A stretch of 64,000 bases of DNA from Cyclobacteriaceae bacterium (GTDB lineage Bacteria > Bacteroidota > Bacteroidia > Cytophagales > Cyclobacteriaceae), in NCBI GenBank assembly GCA_965243755.1, contig CBDEVW010000004.1, positions 272,053 to 336,052 on the forward strand, given 5' to 3'. Numbering within the stretch: the stretch's first letter is position 1; every line of letters starts with the position of its first letter. The position numbers and the translations under genes were made by a program. Shown one piece after another: positions 19,166 to 27,680 of the stretch. The notes beneath the pieces are model-generated. The model made no database searches, was not told the DNA's origin, and saw only the letters and a program-made list of their open reading frames with translations.

Positions 19166-19567
19166 ATGTTAAAAGTTGAGCATATAGGTATTGCGGTGAA
19201 AGACCTGGAAAATAGCAATGCGCTGTTTGAAAAGTTGTTTGGGAAGTCCCAATATAAAATAGAATCTGTAGCCAGTGAGGGAGTAAATACCTCCTTTTTT
19301 CAAATGGGCGAAACAAAGATTGAACTACTGGAGGCGGAGACTGAAGATAGCGCAATCGCCAAGTTTATTGAAAAGCGGGGAGAGGGAATTCATCATATCG
19401 CCTTCGAAGTAGAGGACATATATGCCGAGATGGACCGATTGAAAAAAGAAGGGTTTACCCTGTTGAATACAGAACCAAAACATGGTGCTGACAATAAACT
19501 CATTTGCTTTGTACACCCCAGGTCGGCCAATGGAGTCCTGATAGAATTGTGCCAGGATAGGGGGTAG
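19166..19567 (+). CDS. mce: Methylmalonyl-CoA epimerase (VOC/glyoxalase fold)
   Basis: 133 aa: VEHIGIAVKDLE, IELLE, GEGIHHIAFEVEDI, and a C-terminal FVHPRSANGVLIELCQ typical of the epimerase. Confidence 0.8.
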   Translation: MLKVEHIGIAVKDLENSNALFEKLFGKSQYKIESVASEGVNTSFFQMGETKIELLEAETEDSAIAKFIEKRGEGIHHIAFEVEDIYAEMDRLKKEGFTLLNTEPKHGADNKLICFVHPRSANGVLIELCQDRG

Positions 19568-19637
19568 AGTTTTGAGTTTTGAGTTTAGAGTTTTTGAGTT
19601 TTGAGTTTTGTGATTAGGGTTTAGGATTTAGGGTTTG
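19567..19637. repeat. Degenerate GT-rich heptamer tandem repeat (~10 x GRGTTTW)
   Basis: GAGTTTT GAGTTTT GAGTTTA GAGTTTTT GAGTTTT GAGTTTT GTGATTA GGGTTTA GGATTTA GGGTTTG, beginning at the last base of the mce stop codon. Confidence 0.85.
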
Positions 19638-19683
19638 ATTAACTTCTTTAATATTTGGTGGTTATGAAAGCCAATCTGAAAGT

Positions 19684-19727
19684 CAGGGACCAAAAACTAT
19701 AGGAGCAAAATCAGGAACCAAAAACTA
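19684..19727. repeat. Two copies of a 16-mer CAGGRACCAAAAACTA spaced 28 nt
   Basis: 19684-19699 CAGGGACCAAAAACTA and 19712-19727 CAGGAACCAAAAACTA (15/16 identical). This A/C-rich segment is partly complementary to the GT-rich heptamers upstream. Confidence 0.7.
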
Positions 19728-19775
19728 AGAACACTAAGAACCAGAAATGAAAAAAAAACCAGGAACTAAATACAA

Positions 19776-20801
19776 ATGGAAGAAAGAAAAGAAATAGCGG
19801 ATTTGGGTGAGTTTGGGTTGATCAAGCACCTTTCGGAAAAGTTTGAAAATGTACAGGAAAGTACTGTAAAAGGAATTGGTGATGATGCAGCTGTTATAGA
19901 CAAAGGAGACCACTATGAGATCATTTCTTCTGATATGTTGTTGGAAGGTGTTCATTTTGATTTGTCTTATGCACCACTACCGCATTTAGGTTTTAAAGCA
20001 ATTGCGGTTAATATATCAGACATTGCTGCGATGAATGGTGTGCCAAGGCAGGTGACTGTAAACATTGGCATTAGCAATCGGTTTTCATTGCAGGCTGTTG
20101 AGGCCCTTTATCAGGGAATAAAATATGCTTGCGATGGCTATAAGGTAGATTTGGTTGGGGGAGATACTACAAGCACACCGTCTGGTTTGGTAATATCTGT
20201 GACTGCTATCGGCACAGTGGATAAGGATAAGATCACTTACAGAAGCACCGCGAAGGAAAATGATATTGTTTGTGTTACGGGAGATCTTGGAGGAGCTTAT
20301 GTGGGATTGCAGGTATTGGAAAGAGAGAAGCAGGTATTTTTGGCCAATCCTAATATGCAGCCTCAACTGGAACAATATGATTACCTGGTGAGAAGGCAAC
20401 TTAGAGCTGAAGCACGTACCGATATTATTCATGAGCTGAGGGATTTGGGTGTAGTGCCTACAGCAATGATTGATGTATCCGATGGACTGGCCTCTGATCT
20501 GTTTCATATTTGTGAGCAATCAGAGATGGGAGTAGCGATTTATGAGGACAAGTTACCAATCGATAAGTCAACATACGATACGGCTGTGGAGTTTAACCTC
20601 GACCCAATTACTTGTGTGCTAAATGGGGGCGAAGATTACGAATTGCTCTTTACACTCAAACAGGAGGACTTTGAAAAAATTAAGAAACATCCGGATATAG
20701 CAACAATAGGCTATATGCACCCGGCAAAAAAGGGAAAAGTGTTTGTGACCAAAAACAATAACGTGGTTGAATTAAAAGCTCAGGGTTGGAAACATTTTTA
20801 G
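19776..20801 (+). CDS. thiL: Thiamine-monophosphate kinase
   Basis: 341 aa. N-terminal LGEFGLIKHL...GIGDDAAVI and the AIR-synthase-related fold motifs (GGDTTS, DVSDGL). Confidence 0.9.
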   Translation: MEERKEIADLGEFGLIKHLSEKFENVQESTVKGIGDDAAVIDKGDHYEIISSDMLLEGVHFDLSYAPLPHLGFKAIAVNISDIAAMNGVPRQVTVNIGISNRFSLQAVEALYQGIKYACDGYKVDLVGGDTTSTPSGLVISVTAIGTVDKDKITYRSTAKENDIVCVTGDLGGAYVGLQVLEREKQVFLANPNMQPQLEQYDYLVRRQLRAEARTDIIHELRDLGVVPTAMIDVSDGLASDLFHICEQSEMGVAIYEDKLPIDKSTYDTAVEFNLDPITCVLNGGEDYELLFTLKQEDFEKIKKHPDIATIGYMHPAKKGKVFVTKNNNVVELKAQGWKHF

Positions 20802-20820
20802 AAGGCTGATAAAAAGAAAT

Positions 20821-20852
20821 AAAGAAGGAAGCCAGGGTTCTTCCTTCTTTTC
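20821..20852. terminator. Bidirectional terminator hairpin between convergent thiL and blaR1-like genes
   Basis: AGAAGGAAG-CCAGGGTT-CTTCCTTCT flanked by an A run upstream and a T run downstream. Confidence 0.55.
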
Positions 20853-20858
20853 TAATTA

Positions 20859-22136
20859 CTACAATTTGAATGAAATCGGGAGTACCATTTTTGCGTTTAC
20901 CGGCTGACCAGCGATTTCACCTGGCTTCCATCCAGACATATTGGAAATCACTCTGGCTGCTTCAGTTTCAAATTTTCTGGTATAAGTGGCTTTAGTTTCA
21001 TCATCCAATGCTGTCAGGATTTTGGTTTTAATACAAGAGACATCCTTGATATTACCGGTCTTATCAATTACAAATGAGACATAAGTTTTAGCCTCCACTT
21101 TATTTTCCATGGCCATAACAGGGTACTTTATTGAACTACCCAAAGCAGCACTGAGGTTCTCAAATCCCCCGTTAAATGAAGGTGCTACATCAAATCCTTC
21201 TGTATAAACTTTGCTTTCAGTTTCTACCGGATTTTGTGTGGGAAGTTCGGTACCGTCACAACTAACGATCGCAAACACAACCGCAATTGCCAACACAGGA
21301 ATGATATACCTGATTGGGTTCATTTCATTGGTTTTCTTTTTCATCATTTTAATTCGTTTTAAAGTAATAGATTTATAAAACCCAATTGGATTATTTGAAG
21401 GGCTTCCAAAATGGTTGCCCAGGCTTAAGCCAACATTTGAAAGTGTCTGATTCACCAGTAGATTGATGTATTTGCCAGAATCCAAATACGCAATGACCCC
21501 TTGATCTGCCTGATATTCGTGAACTAATTTTAGCGCATTTGAATATAAGTGCACCATGGGGTGGAACCAGAAGATCGTTTTAACCATTTCCAGGATGATT
21601 AAATCAATACCATGTTTAAGTCGAACATGAACATATTCATGGGCCAGAACTTGTTTTTGATCATCCTCATTTAATGATTCAGCATTAAAGAAAATTGCAT
21701 TTTGAAATGTGAATGTACCAAGATCTCTTTGCATCAGATATAAATCTGCATCGTTGTACTTTTTTCTTACAGATTCATATTTCAATAATCGTAACCGGTA
21801 CAGTTGATACAGCAATTTGGTGGTGACCAGGAGTAATCCTACACCATAAATCCACCAGCAAATCTCACCAACAATTTCACCAGGCATAGGGGAGGTATTG
21901 CCCAAACTATTCACCACGATTTCATCCAAACTTACTTCAGGTGATAAGGAAATCTCACCTACCCGAATGCCAGATAAACTGATCAATGGGAATAAGCAGC
22001 AAAGCAGTAAACTACCAACCAAATAAATCCTGACAAATTGAAACCTGGTTTCATTACGCAAAAACAGTAGATAAACTACATAGCAGATGGCTAACCCAAG
22101 TGTAAGTTCCAGGATATAGTTTAGTACACTAGTCAT
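20859..22136 (-). CDS. BlaR1/M56-family membrane metallopeptidase fused to a TonB-type C-terminal domain
   Basis: 425 aa with N-terminal TM helices and the HEXXH motif in LAHEYVHVRLKH. The C-terminal ~90 aa (..KTYVSFVIDKTGNIKDV..GWKPGEIAGQPVNAKMVLPISFKL) is TonB-C-like. Overlaps the upstream BlaI gene by 8 nt. Confidence 0.85.
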   Translation of the reverse strand: MTSVLNYILELTLGLAICYVVYLLFLRNETRFQFVRIYLVGSLLLCCLFPLISLSGIRVGEISLSPEVSLDEIVVNSLGNTSPMPGEIVGEICWWIYGVGLLLVTTKLLYQLYRLRLLKYESVRKKYNDADLYLMQRDLGTFTFQNAIFFNAESLNEDDQKQVLAHEYVHVRLKHGIDLIILEMVKTIFWFHPMVHLYSNALKLVHEYQADQGVIAYLDSGKYINLLVNQTLSNVGLSLGNHFGSPSNNPIGFYKSITLKRIKMMKKKTNEMNPIRYIIPVLAIAVVFAIVSCDGTELPTQNPVETESKVYTEGFDVAPSFNGGFENLSAALGSSIKYPVMAMENKVEAKTYVSFVIDKTGNIKDVSCIKTKILTALDDETKATYTRKFETEAARVISNMSGWKPGEIAGQPVNAKMVLPISFKL

Positions 22137-22518
22137 TGTTCTCCTCCTTTAATTCATCTTTTACTTCATTTAGCAGTTCATCCAATTCGGTGATGTCCAT
22201 GTTGTGTTCTTTCGCAAAAAACGAAACCATCTTCTGGAATGAGCCACTGAAATAATCGGAAACCAGGTTTTTCATGAAGAAACTCCTGTATTCATCCTTT
22301 CCTATAATGGGGTAGTACTCATGACTTTTTCCATAAGATTTAAATCCAACGAATTCTTTCTTAACCAGAATTCTGACAATAGTGGAGACCGTATTGTATG
22401 CAGGTTTTGGGGAAGGCATTTTATCTATAATGTCTTTCACAAATCCTTTCTCAATTTCCCACAGTATTTTCATTATCTGCTGTTCGGCCTTAGTAAGCTC
22501 CTTCATGGATTCTAACAT
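22129..22518 (-). CDS. BlaI/MecI/CopY-family transcriptional repressor
   Basis: 129 aa. Winged-helix N-terminus LTKAEQQIMKILWE...AYNTVSTIVRILVKKEFV. Confidence 0.9.
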   Translation of the reverse strand: MLESMKELTKAEQQIMKILWEIEKGFVKDIIDKMPSPKPAYNTVSTIVRILVKKEFVGFKSYGKSHEYYPIIGKDEYRSFFMKNLVSDYFSGSFQKMVSFFAKEHNMDITELDELLNEVKDELKEENND

Positions 22519-22546
22519 TTGATTGAGACAAATGTATAACTAAATC

Positions 22547-22564
22547 TTTAGTTTACAAACTAAA
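22547..22564. promoter_or_regulatory. Candidate BlaI operator (perfect 8-nt inverted repeat)
   Basis: TTTAGTTT-AC-AAACTAAA lies 29 nt upstream of the blaI start. An extra half-site copy CTTTAGTTT sits at 22566-22574. It contains the TACA core known from BlaI/MecI operators. Confidence 0.5.
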
Positions 22565-22646
22565 ACTTTAGTTTTTGTAATCTTTTGTGATTTTGAACAA
22601 GGAGACCGGTTTGGCAATTCGTTCCAACCAATGTAGTTTTGCAGTT

Positions 22647-23210
22647 ATGATTATTTTGGATAATGCGGTACTTTCAGATGACATCAAAGAGAATTTTTTT
22701 GTGTGCAATCTGGAAAAGTGCAAAGGAGCCTGTTGTGTTGAAGGAGATTTGGGAGCACCACTTGAAAAGGATGAGTTACTGGAAATCGAAAATAATCTTG
22801 AAACCATCAAACCATATTTGTCTGAGGAAGGGTTGAAGGCAATTGAAGAAAATGGGCCTTACCTATTGGATGAAGAAGGGGATTACTCCACCACCACCAT
22901 TGGAAACAGGGAGTGTGCCTTTGCTATCTACGATGATCAGGGCATTCTGAAATGTGGTATTGAACAAGCCTATATGGATGGTAAAATTGATTGGAAAAAG
23001 CCAATTTCCTGCCACCTATACCCAATAAGAATTACCAAATATGATCATTACGATGCATTGAACTATGATCGATGGGATATTTGTTCACCTGCATGTGATT
23101 TTGGGGCTCAACTTAAGGTCCCAATCTACAAATTTCTGAAAGATGCCCTTGTGCGAAAATATGGAAAAGAGTGGTATGATGCACTTGTGAAGTTGATTGA
23201 AGAGGATTAG
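22647..23210 (+). CDS. Cys-rich DUF3109-like protein
   Basis: The track ORF starts at GTG 22587; the ATG at 22647 ([12 protein letters not shown]) is more plausible. Motifs: [32 protein letters not shown]. Confidence 0.7.
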   Translation: MIILDNAVLSDDIKENFFVCNLEKCKGACCVEGDLGAPLEKDELLEIENNLETIKPYLSEEGLKAIEENGPYLLDEEGDYSTTTIGNRECAFAIYDDQGILKCGIEQAYMDGKIDWKKPISCHLYPIRITKYDHYDALNYDRWDICSPACDFGAQLKVPIYKFLKDALVRKYGKEWYDALVKLIEED

Positions 23211-23263
23211 CCTGCCTTACCGTTATTTTTAATTAATATCTGAAGCAACCATTTTCCTGATTC

Positions 23264-23905
23264 ATGAGTTTTGGTTCCACCAAAGTTCATATCATGTTCA
23301 AAGAAGAATTCAAAAGCTCATGGTTAGTTGAATCCCGACTACCAACAAAACACGGTTTGTTTGATGTATTAGCCTTTAAAAGCGAGTTTCATACGTTCCC
23401 TCATATTGTTTTGAAGAAAGGTGATATTTCTTCGAAAGAAATCATTGATGTTCGCATTCACTCTGAATGCATGACCGGAGACGTATTTTCTTCATTGAGA
23501 TGTGAATGCGGTGATCAACTTGATTTTTCAATGAACTGGATTCAAAATCATGGTGGCTTATTAATCTATCTACGGCAGGAAGGCAGGGGAATTGGTCTGG
23601 TAAACAAACTGAAGGCTTATAATTTACAGGACAAAGGACTGAATACTAAAGAAGCCAATTTAACATTGGGATTTCACAGTGATCTACGAACATATGAAGT
23701 GGCCGTAGACATATTAAGGTTCCTTAAGGTGGGTAAAATACGGTTGCTAACCAACAATCCTGAAAAAATTGATGCTTTTAAAGATTCTGGGGTAACGATA
23801 ATTGATAGAATTCCTATTGAAATATCACCATCTGCAGAAAACTTAAAGTATCTTAAAACAAAAAAGGTGGAAATGGGACACCTGCTGACCAAACTAAATG
23901 ACTGA
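23264..23905 (+). CDS. ribA: GTP cyclohydrolase II (stand-alone, not fused to RibB)
   Basis: 213 aa: RIHSECMTGDVFSSLRCECGDQL (zinc Cys triad region), YLRQEGRGIGLVNKLKAYNLQD, DLRTYEVAVDILRFLKV..IRLLTNNP. Confidence 0.9.
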   Translation: MSFGSTKVHIMFKEEFKSSWLVESRLPTKHGLFDVLAFKSEFHTFPHIVLKKGDISSKEIIDVRIHSECMTGDVFSSLRCECGDQLDFSMNWIQNHGGLLIYLRQEGRGIGLVNKLKAYNLQDKGLNTKEANLTLGFHSDLRTYEVAVDILRFLKVGKIRLLTNNPEKIDAFKDSGVTIIDRIPIEISPSAENLKYLKTKKVEMGHLLTKLND

Positions 23906-23907
23906 TT

Positions 23908-24843
23908 ATGATTTGGGATTTATTAGTAAGAATAAGAAATGTATTAGAAAAGCAAAGTAAACCCATTGACTATATTTCAGTAACTGGTTCTTTAAATTCG
24001 TATGAAATTTCTTTTGATATTACAGATAGGCCATGTCTGCTGGTTATAGTATTTGAGCAAAAAGATATTACACTAAATACGGCGTTATTTATAGCTGAAA
24101 CTCCACTAAAAGTTCTTTGTTTAAAAAAAGGCAACCTAACCAGCGACCAACTTGCTGAGTTACAAATGTACCTACCATATGCGCTCATTCCGTACTTCGC
24201 CAGGAAACTCAATAAATGTTTTGCAATCTCACACTTTGCGCAAACGCTTGATGGTAAAATAGCGTCGATCTCAGGAGACAGCAAATGGATAGGAAATGAA
24301 GAAAATCTTATTCACGCACACAAAATGAGGGCGCTGTGTGATGGTGTATTAATTGGTTCCAAAACACTGGAAATAGATAATCCCAGACTAAATGTAAGGC
24401 ATGTTAAAGGTGAAGATCCGATTAAAATAATTCTTGGAGGCGATTCCCTTGATTTGACCATGTTCAATGCGATAGATGAAAAATCAATTGTTATTTGTCA
24501 TAATCATTACACATTACAGGATCAGCGGTTTAAAAAGATTAACCTCAACAGCAATTCGCAATATGATCCCAGAGAATTGTTGCGGCAGCTGTATTCTTTA
24601 GGGATCCAATCTATCTATATTGAAGGAGGTTCATTTACCACTTCGAAATTTTTAAAGATGGAATCCTTAGATCAGATCCAAATCCATATCTCCGCGAAAA
24701 TACTTGGATCTGGGACCGCTTCATTTCAGTTCTCAGGTATTTCCAGTATGGCCGAGGCACTCGAATTTGAAGATGCTGAATTTGTGTCTGTAGGTGATGA
24801 AATTATGTTTATAGGAAATCGAAAAGTTAATGGAGATTCTTGA
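23908..24843 (+). CDS. RibD-C-terminal-type (DHFR-fold) pyrimidine reductase with ~100-aa N-terminal extension and no deaminase domain
   Basis: 311 aa. Residues ~100-311 read HFAQTLDGKIASISGDSKWIGNEENLIHAHKMRALCDGVLIGSKTLEIDNPRLNVR ... SIYIEGGSFTTSKFL. No CDA-type H/C-A-E ... PCxxC motif is visible. Confidence 0.75.
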   Translation: MIWDLLVRIRNVLEKQSKPIDYISVTGSLNSYEISFDITDRPCLLVIVFEQKDITLNTALFIAETPLKVLCLKKGNLTSDQLAELQMYLPYALIPYFARKLNKCFAISHFAQTLDGKIASISGDSKWIGNEENLIHAHKMRALCDGVLIGSKTLEIDNPRLNVRHVKGEDPIKIILGGDSLDLTMFNAIDEKSIVICHNHYTLQDQRFKKINLNSNSQYDPRELLRQLYSLGIQSIYIEGGSFTTSKFLKMESLDQIQIHISAKILGSGTASFQFSGISSMAEALEFEDAEFVSVGDEIMFIGNRKVNGDS

Positions 24844-25774
24844 GTTATGGCATAATAATCAGGAGAGTTGGATTCAGTCATCCCACTTTGAGATTGGAGA
24901 TGATGATCAATTAATTGACCCTTGCTATTCTATGATCAGTCAGGGAACCGAACGTAGGATGATCACTGGTCAAATCAATGGTAATTTGGCAGAAAGAATG
25001 AAAGTGCCTTATATGAAAGGTCATTTTAGTAAGAATTTCACCTATGGCTATTCAATGGTAGGCAGACTAATTAATTCTCCTGAAACAATGGTGCACTTAA
25101 TGTGCCCTCATCAAACTCCGGTATACGCCAGGGCCAAAGATTACACAAGCCTTCCTGAAAATTTTGACCCAAAACTAGGCACGCTAATAAGTAATATGGA
25201 GACTGCTGTTAATGCTGTTTGGGACGCCGAAATCGAGCTGGGAGATAAAGTCCTCGTGATTGGGTTTGGGATAATTGGTGCACTAACTAGCCTAATTCTA
25301 GCTCGATGTGTTGGTGTTGACCTTGATGTAGTGGAAAAAGATGCGCATCGGAGAGCCACTGCATGTAGAATGGGCTTGAACGCAACTGAGCATATAAATT
25401 ATTCTGAATATGATGTAGTAATTAATGCTGCAGGGAACAAGCAAGCATTAAATGATGCGACCAAATCGGTAAGAAAAGAAGGAAAAATCATTGAATTGAG
25501 TTGGTATGGTAATGAAGGTGTTTTACTTGATTTGGGGGATGACTTTCATCATAAAAGATTAAGAATTATTTCGTCCCAGGTAAGCACAATTCCTTATAAA
25601 AAACAGCCTACATGGGATTTCAGGAAACGCAAACAGTTGGTCATTAAATTATTGCAAGAGATTAATCCGGTCGAACTTATTGAAACGGAGGTTGATTTTA
25701 ATGATACCCCTGGTTTCTATCAGCAACTCAGGATAGCTTCTCCGCCTGCAATTGGGATAATAATTAAATATTGA
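24830..25774 (+). CDS. Medium-chain dehydrogenase/reductase-like protein (BchC-like, no obvious structural-zinc Cys cluster)
   Basis: 314 aa: SMISQGTERRMITGQ, Rossmann motif VLVIGFGIIGALTSLIL, VVINAAGN. Confidence 0.7.
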   Translation: MEILELWHNNQESWIQSSHFEIGDDDQLIDPCYSMISQGTERRMITGQINGNLAERMKVPYMKGHFSKNFTYGYSMVGRLINSPETMVHLMCPHQTPVYARAKDYTSLPENFDPKLGTLISNMETAVNAVWDAEIELGDKVLVIGFGIIGALTSLILARCVGVDLDVVEKDAHRRATACRMGLNATEHINYSEYDVVINAAGNKQALNDATKSVRKEGKIIELSWYGNEGVLLDLGDDFHHKRLRIISSQVSTIPYKKQPTWDFRKRKQLVIKLLQEINPVELIETEVDFNDTPGFYQQLRIASPPAIGIIIKY

Positions 25775-25775
25775 A

Positions 25776-26150
25776 ATGTTTACAGTAACAGTTAAGGATC
25801 ATATTATGATCGCACACTCACTTCCTGATCCGTTTTTTGGTCCTGCTGCTAAAATGCATGGCGCAACTTATGTGGTAGAAGTTACTTTCAAAAGGAAAGA
25901 ACTCAATCAATTTAATGTGGTCATTGACATTGGTGAAGCAGGAAAAATTACGAATGAGGTGCTGGGGAAATTGGCTTATCAAAATTTGGATGAACTGCCG
26001 GAATTTCAGGGAGTCCTTACTACAACAGAGTTTTTGGCAAAGTACATCCACGACTCTATCATGGAAAATGTTGATAAGGAATTAGCATTAAAAGTTGAAT
26101 TGTTTGAATCACACATTGCTTCTGCTGCTTATGAATCAGCCTGGCCATGA
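25776..26150 (+). CDS. 6-pyruvoyl-tetrahydropterin synthase / QueD-family (T-fold) protein, non-canonical active site
   Basis: 124 aa. IMIAHSL ... KMHGATYVVEV ... VVIDIGEAGKITNEVLGKLAYQNLDELPEF..TTTEFLAKYI follows the PTPS/QueD motif order. The HGH triad reads HGA, and no Cys precedes it. Confidence 0.75.
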   Translation: MFTVTVKDHIMIAHSLPDPFFGPAAKMHGATYVVEVTFKRKELNQFNVVIDIGEAGKITNEVLGKLAYQNLDELPEFQGVLTTTEFLAKYIHDSIMENVDKELALKVELFESHIASAAYESAWP

Positions 26151-27135
26151 ACCGAAAAAGAAACTGATTATTCTGACTACTCACTTTGGAGAGGGGTTTT
26201 CTGGAGGGTCGGATGCAACTGTTGAAGTTTTTTCCAGAATTCAGGAGAATTTCGATCAGATCATAGTTGTAGGTAACCAACTTGGAAACCATACCATTCA
26301 AAACCTCGAATTCTTGGCCTATAAAAACTGGATTCATGCCTTTTTGATTATTAGAAAACATGCAAAGGAAAACCCATTGTATTATGGTGATTTCTATAAT
26401 AGCATCATCTATTGGCTAGCTGGGGTACAATATTACTTTACCTATCATGATAATTGGCCGGAACAGGGTGCATTGGGAGGCTGGGAAAGAATTCGGTCTG
26501 TCTGGTTTACCATCTTGTATGTATTAATTTTAAAGGGAGCAAAAGTCGCTTTTACAGTATCGGCCTTTAAGTACTCTTTTGTGCAAAAGCACAGTGGATC
26601 TGCCAAATTAATTCCCAATGGGTTTTCTTCAAAAATTTGCGAAACAATTGATTATTCCAGGTCCACCAGTAAAATCCTGATGATTGGTAATATCGACAAA
26701 AGAAAGTATGCCCTTGCAGATAAAGTATTCAATGAAATCGATTCAAGTAAGGACTTGAGCATTGAGATATTCGGAAGAATCATAGACAAAACATTGGCAA
26801 GAAAGTTATCGAAGTATCCTTTTGTCACGCTGAAGGGGTATTCGAGGGATATCCCCATCGCAAACTATCGATTATTGCTACACACTTCGGTCAGTGAAAG
26901 TTTCGGAATGATATTTTGTGAAGCAGCACATAACAGGATTCCGGTACTAACTTTTAATGCAGGGGGAGCCAGGGAATTGATTCCTCCAACGAATGGTGTC
27001 TTAATTGAAAAATATGATGTAAAGAAAATGGCCAGATCTCTGCTGGATTTCCCTGGTCTGGAAGTAGATCCTGCAGCGGTTGAGCAATATAGCTGGGAAA
27101 ATACTTCACGAAAATACCTGGAGCATTTAGTATGA
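26131..27135 (+). CDS. Glycosyltransferase, GT-B fold (family 4-like)
   Basis: The track ORF starts at TTG 26095; the ATG at 26131 (MNQPGHEPKKKLIILTTHF) is preferred. The C-terminal half reads LLLHTSVSESFGMIFCEAAHNRIPVLTFNAGGARELI (the E-x7-E type motif of GT4). Confidence 0.8.
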   Translation: MNQPGHEPKKKLIILTTHFGEGFSGGSDATVEVFSRIQENFDQIIVVGNQLGNHTIQNLEFLAYKNWIHAFLIIRKHAKENPLYYGDFYNSIIYWLAGVQYYFTYHDNWPEQGALGGWERIRSVWFTILYVLILKGAKVAFTVSAFKYSFVQKHSGSAKLIPNGFSSKICETIDYSRSTSKILMIGNIDKRKYALADKVFNEIDSSKDLSIEIFGRIIDKTLARKLSKYPFVTLKGYSRDIPIANYRLLLHTSVSESFGMIFCEAAHNRIPVLTFNAGGARELIPPTNGVLIEKYDVKKMARSLLDFPGLEVDPAAVEQYSWENTSRKYLEHLV

Positions 27136-27680
27136 TCACTTATATCATTATATTCATTTATTTGAGTTTTGCTTTGGACTTTATCGTTTGGCCGGTTGCC
27201 AGTGAAGCGTCTACGGGTCAGTTAATTTCAGGGCGAGCAAGTTTGATCAACAAAATAATGTTGGTCGTTGTTTATGCAGTTAATCTTATTTTCTTCAGTT
27301 TTCCCCTGTTGCTGGCCATTGGATGTTTAATTGATGGAGCTTATAATGCGGGATTGCTTTCCTGGTTAGGCATACCCATCGCTCTGATGGGTAGAGTAAT
27401 TTCAATTCTTGGCACATTGGCACTTAGAAACTCTCCAGGAGACTCTCCAGTGACGCATTCAATTTTCAGATATACCAGAAACCCAATTACACTGGGGATT
27501 CACCTTACCAGTATTGGCTTGATTTTGTGTTTTAACCATTGGTATTTGTGGGCTGGCTTATTGTTTTCAGTAGTTAACCTTCATGTTAAAATTAAAATTG
27601 AGGAGCGTAACCTGTTTCAGGTCTTTAAGGAGTCCTACACTCTTTACTTTCAAAAAACCCCTAGGTATTTGATATGGTAG
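27132..27680 (+). CDS. Membrane methyltransferase, ICMT / phospholipid-methyltransferase (PEMT) family
   Basis: 182 aa with 4-5 TM helices. IFRYTRNPITLGIHL matches the RHPxYxG-type motif of this family. ATGA overlap with the upstream GT gene. Confidence 0.7.
   Translation: MITYIIIFIYLSFALDFIVWPVASEASTGQLISGRASLINKIMLVVVYAVNLIFFSFPLLLAIGCLIDGAYNAGLLSWLGIPIALMGRVISILGTLALRNSPGDSPVTHSIFRYTRNPITLGIHLTSIGLILCFNHWYLWAGLLFSVVNLHVKIKIEERNLFQVFKESYTLYFQKTPRYLIW

Noticed and set aside
19608-19637. Telomere-like TTAGGGTTTAGGATTTAGGGTTT (plant-type TTTAGGG units)
   Set aside because: Only ~3 imperfect units, embedded in a broader GT-rich heptamer tract in a bacterial intergenic spacer. Treated as part of that repeat, not as a telomeric element.
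22587-22646. N-terminal extensions given by the ORF track at non-ATG starts (22587 GTG, 26095 TTG, 29114 TTG, 49545 TTG, 52763 TTG, 11324 TTG, 54226 TTG, 56238 GTG) or, for 53196, at an ATG inside the upstream greA coding region
   Set aside because: In each case an in-frame ATG shortly downstream gives a family-typical N-terminus and removes overlap with the neighbouring gene. The shorter models were used.
23211-23263. Possible FMN riboswitch upstream of ribA
   Set aside because: The spacer is only 53 nt, is AT-rich, and lacks the conserved FMN-element helices. It is too short for the aptamer.
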